Made by a program: the position numbers and the translations under genes. From the IMG/VR virus record IMGVR_UViG_3300049215_000529, positions 140,191 through 204,190 of that record: DNA of 64,000 bases. One strand, 5' to 3'. Every line of letters starts with the position of its first letter. The first letter of the stretch is position 1. Positions 1-9,562 of the stretch are shown in pieces. The notes below the pieces were generated by a model that saw only the letters and a program-made list of their open reading frames with translations, was not told where the DNA came from and searched no databases.

Positions 1-337
1 AATTTCTTTTTTAAGTAGTAGAAGAGAATGTCCACCATTCGCCAAAATTCCTACATTCATAAACTTAATATCACTCACGTGATCGAATTGTAGACAAATT
101 GGATTACTTTCACCGCAGTCTACACACGGATGAGATTTTTTATATTCCCATAAAAACTGTCTCTTCCTGCGACGAGACTTTTCTTTTTGCTTCAATCCAT
201 TTTTCTTGTCGCATTTTTTACAAAGATATTTAGTATAAATACCTTTACCGCCCTTATTTCTATTATCCTTAAAACAATAAAAAATCAGAAACAGATTTTT
301 CCTCTTTGCAGACGCCACATATTTTTGTATTTTTCAT
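1..337 (-). pseudogene. HNH-type endonuclease, frameshifted, runs off the window edge
   Basis: ATG at 337 gives MKNTKICGVCKEEKSVSDF. Removing one base from the A6 run at 279-284 restores YCFKD...KSHPCVDCGESNPICLQFDHV, a phage HNH pattern. Confidence 0.7.
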
Positions 338-375
338 GCCATCATACAGAAGTATTGATAGGCACGTTGATGATA

Positions 376-1608
376 TTAAAACTGATCTTTTTCAGTACTG
401 TCAGGAAGTGCTAAAGTAGAAGAGCTGCCTGAAGAAATTACAGTGGAAATTTGGTCAAAATAATTTGCACCAACCTCGCGTTGGTGTTTTACTGCTGTAT
501 ATCCCGCTGCGACATTTTCGAATTCAGCTTCTTGCAAAGATGAGTAGGCACTCATGCCACTTGTCTTATATGCCTGCGCTAAAGTAAACATTGAATGATT
601 TAGAGCATGAAATCCTGCCAAAGTGACGAATTGGAATTTATATCCTAATGCTCCTAGTTCATCTTGGAAAGAAGCAATTTGAGATTCTGATAAATTCTTT
701 TTCCAATTGAAAGAAGGAGAGCAATTATAAGCCAAGGGCATGTTTGGGAAATTTTTATGAATTTCATCTGCAAACTCTTTAGCTTGACCAATATCGGGCG
801 TAGAAGTTTCCATCCACAACATATCCGCATAAGGCGCATAAGCCAAGCCTCGGGCAATACAATACTCTACACCATTCTTAATTTTGAAAAAACCTTCGTC
901 GGTACGCTCAGAAGATACAATGAAGGGACGATCTCTTTCGTCAGCATCTGTAGTAATTAATTTGGCTGAATCGGCATCTGTACGGGCAATGATAATAGTT
1001 CTGGTACCGCAGATATCGGCAGCTAGGCGAGCAGCGACTAATGATTTTATAAATTGATTCATGGGGACTAATACCTTGCCGCCCATATGACCGCACTTCT
1101 TTTCAGAAGATAATTGATCCTCGAAATGTACGCCAGCAGCTCCCGCCTCAATCATACCCTTCATTAATTCAAAAGAATTAAGAGGTCCACCAAAGCCTGC
1201 CTCGGCATCAGCTACGATAGGAGCAAGCCAATATCTTTGAGGACATCCCTCCGCGCTCTCTATCTGATCAGCCCTAAGAAGTGCTGAGTTAATCTTTTTG
1301 ACAACACTTGGAACGCTATTAGCAGGATACAAAGATTGGTCAGGATACATTTGACCAGCTAGATTAGCATCTGCCGCTACTTGCCAGCCCGAAAGATAAA
1401 TCGCATGGAGCCCAGCTTTTACTTGTTGAACTGCCTGGTTACCAGTTAAAGCTCCCAAAGCTTTTACATATGGATCTACATTAAACAGAGTCCACAATCT
1501 TTCACAACCTAATTTTGCTATTGTATACTCGATTTGAAAGGAACCCCTTAATTTATCCACATCTTGCTTAGAGTAAACACGGAATTCATTAGGCTTATAG
1601 ACACTCAT
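376..1608 (-). CDS. aceA: Isocitrate lyase
   Basis: Catalytic KKCGHMGGK motif, plus [17 protein letters not shown] and YNCSPSFNW. Confidence 0.97.
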   Translation of the reverse strand: MSVYKPNEFRVYSKQDVDKLRGSFQIEYTIAKLGCERLWTLFNVDPYVKALGALTGNQAVQQVKAGLHAIYLSGWQVAADANLAGQMYPDQSLYPANSVPSVVKKINSALLRADQIESAEGCPQRYWLAPIVADAEAGFGGPLNSFELMKGMIEAGAAGVHFEDQLSSEKKCGHMGGKVLVPMNQFIKSLVAARLAADICGTRTIIIARTDADSAKLITTDADERDRPFIVSSERTDEGFFKIKNGVEYCIARGLAYAPYADMLWMETSTPDIGQAKEFADEIHKNFPNMPLAYNCSPSFNWKKNLSESQIASFQDELGALGYKFQFVTLAGFHALNHSMFTLAQAYKTSGMSAYSSLQEAEFENVAAGYTAVKHQREVGANYFDQISTVISSGSSSTLALPDSTEKDQF

Positions 1609-2079
1609 TTATTCTCCATTAGGGTCGATAAAGATGATTTGCTTACCAATAGATTTCGCATAATTGATACAATTAGCAGTACCACCTGCTGTTCCGTCCC
1701 AAATTGCGATTAAGATATCGCAATGGTCCACCATCCATTGATTGCGAATCTGCATTTTTGCCGCAGAATATCCGCCAGGAGAAACAACAACTTTTTCAAT
1801 TGCGAATCTCAATAACATTCTGTAAATGTATTGTGAATGAAATGGCCAAGCATTATCTTGGTTTTCAAAAGGCACGGCTGCGGTAAAGGGAATATTTAAT
1901 TTAATAGCAATGAAAGCTGCCCATTGATCTATACCTAAAGCCATTCCAGAGATGACTCTATCAGGTTTTAGTTCACGGAGCTTGGCATCAATTTTCTTAC
2001 AAACACGAATATAAGTTGGATTGGGAATCTTATATCCGCCGAGTTTGTCAGGTCGATGTCCAGTAAATGCTATTATCAT
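1609..2079 (-). CDS. YspA/DUF1273-like SLOG family protein
   Basis: AFTGHRP start, SGMALGIDQWAA, RNQWMVD and GGTANCI motifs. Confidence 0.85.
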   Translation of the reverse strand: MIIAFTGHRPDKLGGYKIPNPTYIRVCKKIDAKLRELKPDRVISGMALGIDQWAAFIAIKLNIPFTAAVPFENQDNAWPFHSQYIYRMLLRFAIEKVVVSPGGYSAAKMQIRNQWMVDHCDILIAIWDGTAGGTANCINYAKSIGKQIIFIDPNGE

Positions 2080-2453
2080 TTAGGAGTTCGTTTTCTTGGT
2101 GAATAATCTTTGTATATGTATCGTTTGCAGTAAGACTTATATGATTGGTATGTGCCACCAATTGCCACAACAACTTCTCTCCATTTTTTACCATGATATG
2201 GAATATTATTAGAAGTACAGCTAATAATATGTGCAACCTCATGTAGCAGTGTAAATTTTTCTCTTAATTGCGTTTTACGGCGCAAACATATCCAACCAGG
2301 ATAATCATTATGATTGCAATGTGCATGTGCCGCATGATGCTTATTAATTTCACATTTTTCTACACATTCACCAATACAAATTCCCCTAACTTCTTTGAAG
2401 TGTCGAATACATTTAGGAAATTGTGAGCGTCTTCTAATTTTCACTCCAATCAT
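2076..2453 (-). CDS. SprT-like zinc metallopeptidase
   Basis: LLHEVAH (HExxH) followed by HGKKW. Confidence 0.6.
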   Translation of the reverse strand: MIGVKIRRRSQFPKCIRHFKEVRGICIGECVEKCEINKHHAAHAHCNHNDYPGWICLRRKTQLREKFTLLHEVAHIISCTSNNIPYHGKKWREVVVAIGGTYQSYKSYCKRYIYKDYSPRKRTPK

Positions 2454-2806
2454 TTTTTCGCTCTAAATCCTGGACATTCATCTACGCCACAGTATTTGCA
2501 GCCCACTGGAGCCATTTCATCATAACTATCAAAGTGGCGATAATATGGATGATCGCATTCACATGGAAGCTCATCACCATAGAAGGGATCATATTTGGAA
2601 GATAACTCTTCATCTAGGTTATCTTCCTCATCGTCTGCACCTTCTTCAGGAGGAGGCATACCTAGTTGCTCTTGCTCAATCATTTGCATAAACTGCTCAC
2701 TCAATTCTGTAAATTCGCCATTACGTTGTAGATAGAACATGCCGACAAATTGTCCGCCCAGCGTGCCCAATTCTTCTACTTTGACTCTTACTTTGCCATG
2801 AATCAA
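2450..2806 (-). CDS. Hypothetical acidic protein with C-terminal Cys cluster
   Basis: 118-aa ORF overlapping the downstream gene by ATGA; CECDH and CKYCG motifs. Confidence 0.6.
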   Translation of the reverse strand: MIHGKVRVKVEELGTLGGQFVGMFYLQRNGEFTELSEQFMQMIEQEQLGMPPPEEGADDEEDNLDEELSSKYDPFYGDELPCECDHPYYRHFDSYDEMAPVGCKYCGVDECPGFRAKK

Positions 2807-2814
2807 TGTATTAA

Positions 2815-2872
2815 TGTATTAATGTTCGATGCAAATTCGGCAATTTTGGTACCGTCATCGAACATTAATACA
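2815..2872. repeat. Perfect 17-bp inverted repeat with 24-nt spacer
   Basis: TGTATTAATGTTCGATG (2815-2831) and its reverse complement CATCGAACATTAATACA (2856-2872). Confidence 0.9.
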
Positions 2873-2909
2873 ATTGGAAGATTAAGTAAGACTTCTTTCG
2901 GCTTGACTT

Positions 2910-3059
2910 TCATTCTACATGCTCTCTAGTAGTCAATACTTCTTTGATATTTTTATAAGCTTCCTGCCACGAAGGGTGGGACTTAGTAATCAGCTTATTC
3001 TTATAAGCCAACAATCTTGCAGTAGTAAGTCTTTCCATTTGAAATTTTGTTAAAAACAC
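2910..3059 (-). CDS. Small hypothetical protein
   Basis: Likely GTG start at 3059 just after the upstream stop, with GAGGTG SD; 3' part of the track ORF 2910..3179. Confidence 0.5.
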   Translation of the reverse strand: MFLTKFQMERLTTARLLAYKNKLITKSHPSWQEAYKNIKEVLTTREHVE

Positions 3060-3060
3060 A

Positions 3061-3705
3061 TTACACCTCAATTGTAATCGGAGGGTTAGTTGGAGCATAT
3101 GCTTCGGTACAGCATGATGCATTAACAAATTGCACATTAGCAAGTTGCATTTTGCCATATCCATAGTGAATATGTCCACAGATATGAGCCTTTAGATTAG
3201 GCAACTCTGTAATACGCTTTGCTAACTCTTCACAGCCCACGTGCTCTACGTCAGCAACACCACGTGGAGCTGCATCCAATACATTCATAACTGGACCATG
3301 TGTAATCAGGACATTGGTATCCTCGGGAATCTTTGCCCAATGATGAGCAATATCCTTGCCCCTCATGGCATTGAAAGCCCAGTTATGAAACCAAGGCTGC
3401 CAAGGGCTTCCCCAAAAGTTAATGCCACCAATCTTGACACCACTGTCTTGAAGATAGGTGATTTCATTTTCTTCGCACAATCTGAGCGCAATATTTCGGC
3501 TATTGTTTTGGAAACACCAATCATGATTACCAGAGATGATAATCTTACTTTGGAAGTTTTGGGCACTCATCCAGCGCAAAAATTTGGATAGCTTGCCAAT
3601 ATCACCACGATAGGTAATGTCACCAGCATGAACAAGCACATCGCCTGGCGGCAAAAGAATTTTCTCTTCTTGCTCATGTGTGTCGGAAATACATACTATT
3701 TTCAT
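3061..3705 (-). CDS. Calcineurin-like metallophosphoesterase (MPPED/239FB-like)
   Basis: SDTHE, HAGD, GNHD, ITHGP and GHIH motifs. Confidence 0.92.
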   Translation of the reverse strand: MKIVCISDTHEQEEKILLPPGDVLVHAGDITYRGDIGKLSKFLRWMSAQNFQSKIIISGNHDWCFQNNSRNIALRLCEENEITYLQDSGVKIGGINFWGSPWQPWFHNWAFNAMRGKDIAHHWAKIPEDTNVLITHGPVMNVLDAAPRGVADVEHVGCEELAKRITELPNLKAHICGHIHYGYGKMQLANVQFVNASCCTEAYAPTNPPITIEV

Positions 3706-3710
3706 TTTCG

Positions 3711-3935
3711 TTACCTTTTCATATCATTCTTAACATACGCAACAATACCACCAAACAATGCCATCAAACGGTGTCCAGGTTTGACACAATTGTCAGTATT
3801 GCAGGTTGAACACTGTGCTTGCTTAAAATTGACGCCACGCGGAGTATTGCATGGGCAGCCGTCATCCACATACAAATTTTCTAACAATATAGGCTTTCCA
3901 CAGCCATTGCATTTTTCTGGAATGTTAGGATTCAT
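3711..3935 (-). CDS. Small Cys-rich hypothetical protein
   Basis: CNGC, CPC and CSTC motifs; coupled to neighbours. Confidence 0.55.
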   Translation of the reverse strand: MNPNIPEKCNGCGKPILLENLYVDDGCPCNTPRGVNFKQAQCSTCNTDNCVKPGHRLMALFGGIVAYVKNDMKR

Positions 3936-4135
3936 TCTTGTTCTGTTCTTACACTAATTCCATCAATAACGGGCGGTATAATTTTTCTTGTTTTATTATC
4001 TAGCCGTTTAACTAGCACTACCACAGCATAACCATCATCATCAGAAATGACTGTGCTGGAACTATACCAAGAGTGTACTGAAAGTTGCATTTTAAGTTGC
4101 AAACGAACTTGATTGGCTTCTTTAAAGGTAGACAT
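3932..4135 (-). CDS. Hypothetical protein
   Basis: 67-aa ORF with ATG start and ATGA overlap. Confidence 0.6.
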   Translation of the reverse strand: MSTFKEANQVRLQLKMQLSVHSWYSSSTVISDDDGYAVVVLVKRLDNKTRKIIPPVIDGISVRTEQE

Positions 4136-4142
4136 ATGAACC

Positions 4143-4751
4143 TCAACTAAATACTAACAATGTTTTGATTTTATTAACTACTTTACGTGGCTTTGAATAA
4201 TCAAAAGAAATTATTGGAAGAGTAAATGGTTTATTATCATCTATAATGCCACCATCATCATCTTGATAGCACTGAGAAATAATCATCTCTTTATCGAGAT
4301 ACATTGTGGTAATGTGAAATTTATCTTTTTGATTTAAAAGATAAACGCTATCTCGCTCGATTCCAACATTAGTAATTTTATGGTTTAAGAAATCAAATTC
4401 TAAATCGCCGCTATTCGAATAAGACGAATTGCATTTGCGGCAATCGCTATTGATTATGAAATAAAAATAAGCTGAAGATGCGCGAGTAACACTGCGCTCC
4501 GACAGCTCAGGTTCCGATATATCAAATGTAAAACTGTTATCCAAACAATTAATTTGATATTTGTTGAAAAACTTTCTATTACCCAAATTAAGTTGGCAAT
4601 GTAAGTGCAGGATATGATTATCCTTTTTGAAGGATTGTAGCTCTGTAGCTTCATCGGGACCAACTGAAATATAGATGGATCTCGTAATATCTTGACAGAC
4701 GGGACAGAATAGACAATGTGACCACAATTGTTGTAAAGTCAATATTTTCAT
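4143..4751 (-). CDS. Hypothetical protein with two CxxC pairs
   Basis: CPVC and CRKC in a 202-aa ORF. Confidence 0.65.
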   Translation of the reverse strand: MKILTLQQLWSHCLFCPVCQDITRSIYISVGPDEATELQSFKKDNHILHLHCQLNLGNRKFFNKYQINCLDNSFTFDISEPELSERSVTRASSAYFYFIINSDCRKCNSSYSNSGDLEFDFLNHKITNVGIERDSVYLLNQKDKFHITTMYLDKEMIISQCYQDDDGGIIDDNKPFTLPIISFDYSKPRKVVNKIKTLLVFS

Positions 4752-4760
4752 ATTACTACT

Positions 4761-5360
4761 ATGTCCAGTAAAATCCTGCTCGCCCGAATCAAGAAATTAG
4801 CTGATACTTCTACTTTAGACAGAAACGAACAGTTTCGTCTTCAAAGAGAAAAGCTAGAGCAATTCTATCATGACTTGCACATGAAGTTTAGAGTTATGCT
4901 TAACGAGATGGAGGGAGATCTAAGGACATTAAAAGAGAAAGATTTCCCCAAAAACCTTTTGAAATCTTTCTTTCAAGTTTGGTACGATTTGATCGATATC
5001 TCCAAACAGTTGGATGTAAAAGATCCATATGTCGCCGCCGACAAGTTAGTGCAATATGTCAAGCAGCGCCCGCATCGTTCAATCATAGACAATCTAGATT
5101 TTCTAATCCAACATCATATGCAGAAGAATGAAATAGATACTCAGACCGGATCAATGTTGCAGCAAGTTCAAGTTAAAAGCCTAAAGTTGCTTAAAGAGCT
5201 AGCTAGCAGACTAGAACAGTACATGACGGAAAATCCGCTAATCACTGGACCAAGCGGGATACCAGAAGAACCAAAAGATCTAAAAACAGTTTCTCCTGTT
5301 TTCGTTCCATCGAATATTCCGCCGCAAGAAGACACTTACATTCCTCCGGTCAAAAAATAA
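4761..5360 (+). CDS. Hypothetical helical protein, isolated plus-strand gene
   Basis: 199-aa ORF filling the gap between minus-strand genes. Confidence 0.7.
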   Translation: MSSKILLARIKKLADTSTLDRNEQFRLQREKLEQFYHDLHMKFRVMLNEMEGDLRTLKEKDFPKNLLKSFFQVWYDLIDISKQLDVKDPYVAADKLVQYVKQRPHRSIIDNLDFLIQHHMQKNEIDTQTGSMLQQVQVKSLKLLKELASRLEQYMTENPLITGPSGIPEEPKDLKTVSPVFVPSNIPPQEDTYIPPVKK

Positions 5361-5591
5361 TTACTCTTCGCCTTCAAAAGATTCAGCAAAAGTAACTTCT
5401 ATTTTGATTTTCGAACCCATCCTAACGCCTTGAGCAGCCAATTTTTTGACTGTAAGGGTTCCCTCAATTGCAGCTGATTTAGCTGCAATGTTTTTGGTTT
5501 CTACGCTGCCATCATTGGTTTTGAATTCAATAGTAACGTCGCCACCATTAACTTTAAAGGAGTCAATCTCTCCTTTGAATGTGGCTCTCAT
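5361..5591 (-). CDS. Hypothetical protein, beta-rich
   Basis: 76-aa ORF coupled to the upstream gene. Confidence 0.6.
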   Translation of the reverse strand: MRATFKGEIDSFKVNGGDVTIEFKTNDGSVETKNIAAKSAAIEGTLTVKKLAAQGVRMGSKIKIEVTFAESFEGEE

Positions 5592-6064
5592 TTTCGTGGA
5601 AAGAGAGACGGTTGAGAGTTAAACATTTGATCCCAAAGGTCCTTAGCTGGCATAACAGCCGGTGGAGTAACCGTTGGAGCAGTCATGCTAACTGGAGGGT
5701 TAACACTTACAGTTCCATCAGAAGCAACACTTGCAGGAACTGGAACTGTAATTCTAGCCGAAACTTGAGTTCGTTTTTGGTCATCATATGCCGTATCCAA
5801 ATCCCAAGAGGCAGACAATGGATGATACAATAACGCTTCAACCTGCGAACCATCAGCCAAGGTCACAGTAATGGGACTTCGCGCCCAACCATGTGGCTCA
5901 ATGTGGCTAGTAAATTTGGAACGAACCATGTCTCTAACTTCACGGTGACGCGCATTTGGCATCGCCAGTTTCACTTTATTGCTGACATCCAGCGCAGTGA
6001 ACAAAACCTCATCCTGTACCAAACCTTCGAGCACATCATCAACAATATCTTCCAACGTTTGCAT
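5588..6064 (-). CDS. Hypothetical protein
   Basis: 158-aa ORF downstream of a putative promoter. Confidence 0.7.
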   Translation of the reverse strand: MQTLEDIVDDVLEGLVQDEVLFTALDVSNKVKLAMPNARHREVRDMVRSKFTSHIEPHGWARSPITVTLADGSQVEALLYHPLSASWDLDTAYDDQKRTQVSARITVPVPASVASDGTVSVNPPVSMTAPTVTPPAVMPAKDLWDQMFNSQPSLFPRK

Positions 6065-6087
6065 TTTTCAGATCTCCTGTATTTTGT

Positions 6088-6115
6088 ATAGTAAATTCTT
6101 TGAAATTAAAAGCAA
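6088..6115 (-). promoter_or_regulatory. Sigma70-like promoter
   Basis: TTGCTT-N16-TACTAT on the minus strand upstream of 6064. Confidence 0.4.
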
Positions 6116-6137
6116 GGGGTAGTAATTATAAAAATAA

Positions 6138-6314
6138 TCACAAGTGTTTATTTAGCCAATCAACTGAGAATCCGATTATGGCTATAACCGCAAATATTGG
6201 CCAAATTATGGCTGCCCAAAACATAAACCAAAAATCGTAATAGACACGCAAGAATTTTGTTAAAGCATGTCCCACAAATAATCCAATCAAAAGGTAAAGC
6301 AAGAAATAAATCAT
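6138..6314 (-). CDS. Small membrane protein, 58 aa, not in the ORF track
   Basis: MIYFLLYLLIGLFVGHALTKFLRVYYDFWFMFWAAIIWPIFAVIAIIGFSVDWLNKHL; ATG overlaps the NADAR stop; two hydrophobic segments. Confidence 0.6.
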   Translation of the reverse strand: MIYFLLYLLIGLFVGHALTKFLRVYYDFWFMFWAAIIWPIFAVIAIIGFSVDWLNKHL

Positions 6315-6757
6315 TACTCTCCCTGTAATTCTTTACGGACCCTCATCAAAGTCTTGCCAAGCATATTTTTGCCTGTACCATCTTTGCCACATCCCCAGTA
6401 CCAGTCCACGGGCGAATCTTCAATAAGCTCTTCATTGCCAGTAGCCATTAGTTCGGCGCGCAAGTCTGCATGTTGTAGAAATTTAGCTAGAACACACTGA
6501 TACATAACATCATCTTTGACATGGTTCCAATCACCACGAAGTTTTATTTTCTGTCCAAGATCACGAGCTTCGCGAGGAGTCTTAGCTGCCCAAATCATTT
6601 CTTCGTCTTCTAGGATAACAGTTTTGGCAGCTTGATAAGCCGTTTCAACATTGTCACACCAGCGCCCGCCACCCGGACCAACTATAAACATTCTGGCTTT
6701 CTTGAAGTTATTCAGAAATCCATATGGTTCATTGGTCTTATAAAATTTAATAGCCAT
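6314..6757 (-). CDS. NADAR (YbiA-like) ADP-ribosylhydrolase
   Basis: FLNNF, ETAYQAAK, AKFLQH, LIEDSPVDWYWG and GKNMLGKTLM motifs. Confidence 0.93.
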   Translation of the reverse strand: MAIKFYKTNEPYGFLNNFKKARMFIVGPGGGRWCDNVETAYQAAKTVILEDEEMIWAAKTPREARDLGQKIKLRGDWNHVKDDVMYQCVLAKFLQHADLRAELMATGNEELIEDSPVDWYWGCGKDGTGKNMLGKTLMRVRKELQGE

Positions 6758-7106
6758 CGTATTCCCTGTTAATCAGTTTTGTAAAAGCTTCGTTTTCTTC
6801 AAACCCGCGTGCCAACATATCCTGCCTAATTTCTTCGACAGATCTATCGCCATCATTGTCCCAAACACTTTCCATACACTCAGAAAGATCGTTAGACTGA
6901 TCCCACATATTATTTTCTTTGTGAAAATACAATTTTGGTGTTATGAAAACCATAACAAAATTTTCCGGAGTATCACCTGGAGATTCAACAAACGAACTCT
7001 CGCCTTTAACTAAGAAATAAAAATCTGATGGAGTTGATGTTTCGCATAATTTTTGATATGCGTCTCTGTCGCCATATGGAGGATCTTCCCAAGATACATT
7101 ACTCAT
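6747..7106 (-). CDS. Hypothetical acidic protein
   Basis: 119-aa ORF between the NADAR and macrodomain genes. Confidence 0.65.
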   Translation of the reverse strand: MSNVSWEDPPYGDRDAYQKLCETSTPSDFYFLVKGESSFVESPGDTPENFVMVFITPKLYFHKENNMWDQSNDLSECMESVWDNDGDRSVEEIRQDMLARGFEENEAFTKLINREYDGY

Positions 7107-7597
7107 TCATCACCTTCTCTGCGATAAATTACAACACGAACATTCTTATCTTCAAGATAATTTGCGAAGTTAGTTAGCGTGCCTAAATAGTGTTCCCAAA
7201 TACCACCACCAAGATTGCATCCAATTTTCCATGGGAATGCGATGCTTTCCAAATCAGGAATCTCTGCAATTCGCAACAAACACCTATGGAAACATTTGTC
7301 TCGAACTAATATGCCATCCAAAGTCGATTTGGGATACTTGGGCTTGCCAGGATAGTATTGAGCAAACATGTTGATGACATATCGCTGCTCTTGACCATCA
7401 CCCAATATTTTTATTGTTCCAAGAGCATCTGGTTCAGTCCTTGCGACATAAGTGTTAGCATGAGGAAACTTATCAAAAATAGCTTTGGCTGTTCCAGCAG
7501 AATTCTGTGTCAAACAATTGCATTGATGTGCAATATATTTTTCTTTAGAATTTAGCAAGTCACCTGTAACAATTTCAATCATGTGTCTATCTGTCAT
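7103..7597 (-). CDS. Macrodomain protein (TARG1/Poa1/DarG-like)
   Basis: VTGDLL, AHQCNC, AGTAKAIFDKFP and FPWKIGCNLGGG motifs. Confidence 0.88.
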   Translation of the reverse strand: MTDRHMIEIVTGDLLNSKEKYIAHQCNCLTQNSAGTAKAIFDKFPHANTYVARTEPDALGTIKILGDGQEQRYVINMFAQYYPGKPKYPKSTLDGILVRDKCFHRCLLRIAEIPDLESIAFPWKIGCNLGGGIWEHYLGTLTNFANYLEDKNVRVVIYRREGDE

Positions 7598-8532
7598 TTA
7601 GGAGTATGTATAACTGGTAATCCTCGACCTATTGAGGGTCTTGCAAACTGAGGATTATCTCTCATCCAAGATTGAGTCATCCATAATTGTCCGCACCCAC
7701 TCCCGACATCATCTTGTCCAGCAGGATCAAACATGCGCGTAGAGAAACCACGTTCCAATAATAGACTCTGGAAATTAGCAGCTAATTCACGTTGACGTGC
7801 ATTTGCAGCAGCAACCGTTTCCTCTCGTTCGCAGATAACTGAAATGGTAGCTTGCCAAATGCTTGGATCAAAAAGTTTCATGAGTCTATCAGCATCTTCA
7901 GCCGAAGAGTTTTTCTCATGAGCGCAGTAGTTGAAGAAGGGTTGGCGACCAACTTCCATTGCCCACAGAGTTCCTTGGCGAGCAATCTCTCCCAAAGTTA
8001 ATTTCTTTTGGAACGGAATGAGTTGATTGCGAGCTTCATCCGTGCTTTCATGAACGGAAAACTGCAAACCAACCTTATCCACTTCCTTGGAAATGTCAAT
8101 GACTGGTTGGTAATCGACACGCGGAGCTGAAGTTGAAATCAGCAGTGCGGCTTGTGGATACAATGAATGCAGCTTGCGAATTGCCGGATTCAGCTCCTTA
8201 AGATTGAGCATGGGCTCGCCCATGCTCATGAACATGATTTGCATACGCTGGACCTTGGTAGGGTCAATGCCTTTATCGGCAAACAGGTGTTCCGTTTGCG
8301 AAACAATCTCATCCGCTGTTAAAGAGCGGACGAAACTGTCACCAGCACCACAGAATCGGCATCCAATTGGACAACCGCTTTGAGTGGAACAGCAAACCAC
8401 TGTTCTGGCTTCAAAAGTTGGATATTTGTAGAGGACAGATTCCGCCACAGCATTATCCTTTTCGAAGACATATTTGAAAACATTTTCATCTATGCTAGGA
8501 ATACACCTGGTTTTATTCCATAATTGTTGCAT
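7594..8532 (-). CDS. RlmN/Cfr-family radical SAM RNA methyltransferase
   Basis: STQSGCPIGCRFC (CxxxCxxC), FMSMGEP and C-terminal GCGQL with the mechanistic Cys. Confidence 0.85.
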   Translation of the reverse strand: MQQLWNKTRCIPSIDENVFKYVFEKDNAVAESVLYKYPTFEARTVVCCSTQSGCPIGCRFCGAGDSFVRSLTADEIVSQTEHLFADKGIDPTKVQRMQIMFMSMGEPMLNLKELNPAIRKLHSLYPQAALLISTSAPRVDYQPVIDISKEVDKVGLQFSVHESTDEARNQLIPFQKKLTLGEIARQGTLWAMEVGRQPFFNYCAHEKNSSAEDADRLMKLFDPSIWQATISVICEREETVAAANARQRELAANFQSLLLERGFSTRMFDPAGQDDVGSGCGQLWMTQSWMRDNPQFARPSIGRGLPVIHTPK

Positions 8533-8680
8533 TTATTTCATCTCAATGATTGAAACGGTTTTATTTCTTTGTTGGGCTGCCCATAATCGGGTTGTTCTAA
8601 AAAATACACAAACTCTTGATTGTTAAACATATTTCCTCAAAATCTACTAATTTGGTGATATAGATATACCATCACCATAC

Positions 8681-9562
8681 ATGATCACGGAGCATTATAT
8701 GTCGCGACCAAAACGAATTATCACCGAGCAAGAAAAACAAAAAATTGTGGCAGACTACAAAGCTGGCGTATCACTCAAAAAATTGCAAAAAGAAACGAAG
8801 TTGCAGCAGAAGCAACTGAAATTCATTCTTGACCAATTTGATGTTCCAATTCTAACAGCATATGAAACGCAGAGACGAAAAGCGATGTTAGAAGAACGAA
8901 ACTATTTTGACGAGTTAGACGCGCTTCAATGCTATGTGTTAGGGTTGATATTCGGTGATGGATGCGTTCATTACAATCCTAAAAGATACAAATATGCTAC
9001 AACGATTGTTAGCAATGATATGGATATCTTAGAAAGTGCCAGACATTTATTAGGGACCAACTTTCCTATTACTAAGAGAAAGAAAGCCAAAGCTTATAAC
9101 CTTGTCATCAACTCCAAACATTTATGCCAAGAACTAATCAATAAGTTTCATCTACAAAGTCCCAAGAGTAGTAAATTGATTTTTCCTAACTTACCACAAG
9201 ATATGTATCAGTTCTTCGTTTCGGGACTGTTGAGCACCGATGGGTGTGTCAGAATTGACGACCGCAGAAAAAATCAATCATGTGGTATCGAGTTTTCCTA
9301 TTCTTCTAATTGTTTAGATTTCGTTCAAAAATTGCGTCATTATCTATCTAATACGCTTGATATCGCCGAAGATGGACATATCAAAACGATAAAGCGAAGT
9401 AAGAAACGAAAGAACCCCAACTACTCCTTGCGATACTCGGGAACCAATGCAACTAAGATATTAACTTGGATTTACGAAAATACCTCACCAATAACAAGAT
9501 GTCAAAGAAAATACGATATCTACCGTAATCATTTGGCTTGCGTTTCAAATTCTATAATATAG
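8681..9562 (+). CDS. Free-standing double-motif LAGLIDADG homing endonuclease
   Basis: YVLGLIFGDGC and FVSGLLSTDGC motifs; antisense to neighbours; ends in TAG. Confidence 0.88.
   Translation: MITEHYMSRPKRIITEQEKQKIVADYKAGVSLKKLQKETKLQQKQLKFILDQFDVPILTAYETQRRKAMLEERNYFDELDALQCYVLGLIFGDGCVHYNPKRYKYATTIVSNDMDILESARHLLGTNFPITKRKKAKAYNLVINSKHLCQELINKFHLQSPKSSKLIFPNLPQDMYQFFVSGLLSTDGCVRIDDRRKNQSCGIEFSYSSNCLDFVQKLRHYLSNTLDIAEDGHIKTIKRSKKRKNPNYSLRYSGTNATKILTWIYENTSPITRCQRKYDIYRNHLACVSNSII

Noticed and set aside
187-960. Short plus-strand track ORFs antisense to aceA and the HNH remnant (and similar shadow ORFs throughout, e.g. 31322..31993, 24697..25137)
   Set aside because: They lie opposite well-supported genes, lack motifs and have no independent signals.
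8681-9562. Group I intron or intein hosting the LAGLIDADG
   Set aside because: It lies on the opposite strand between two intact genes, with no interrupted host gene or splice motifs.
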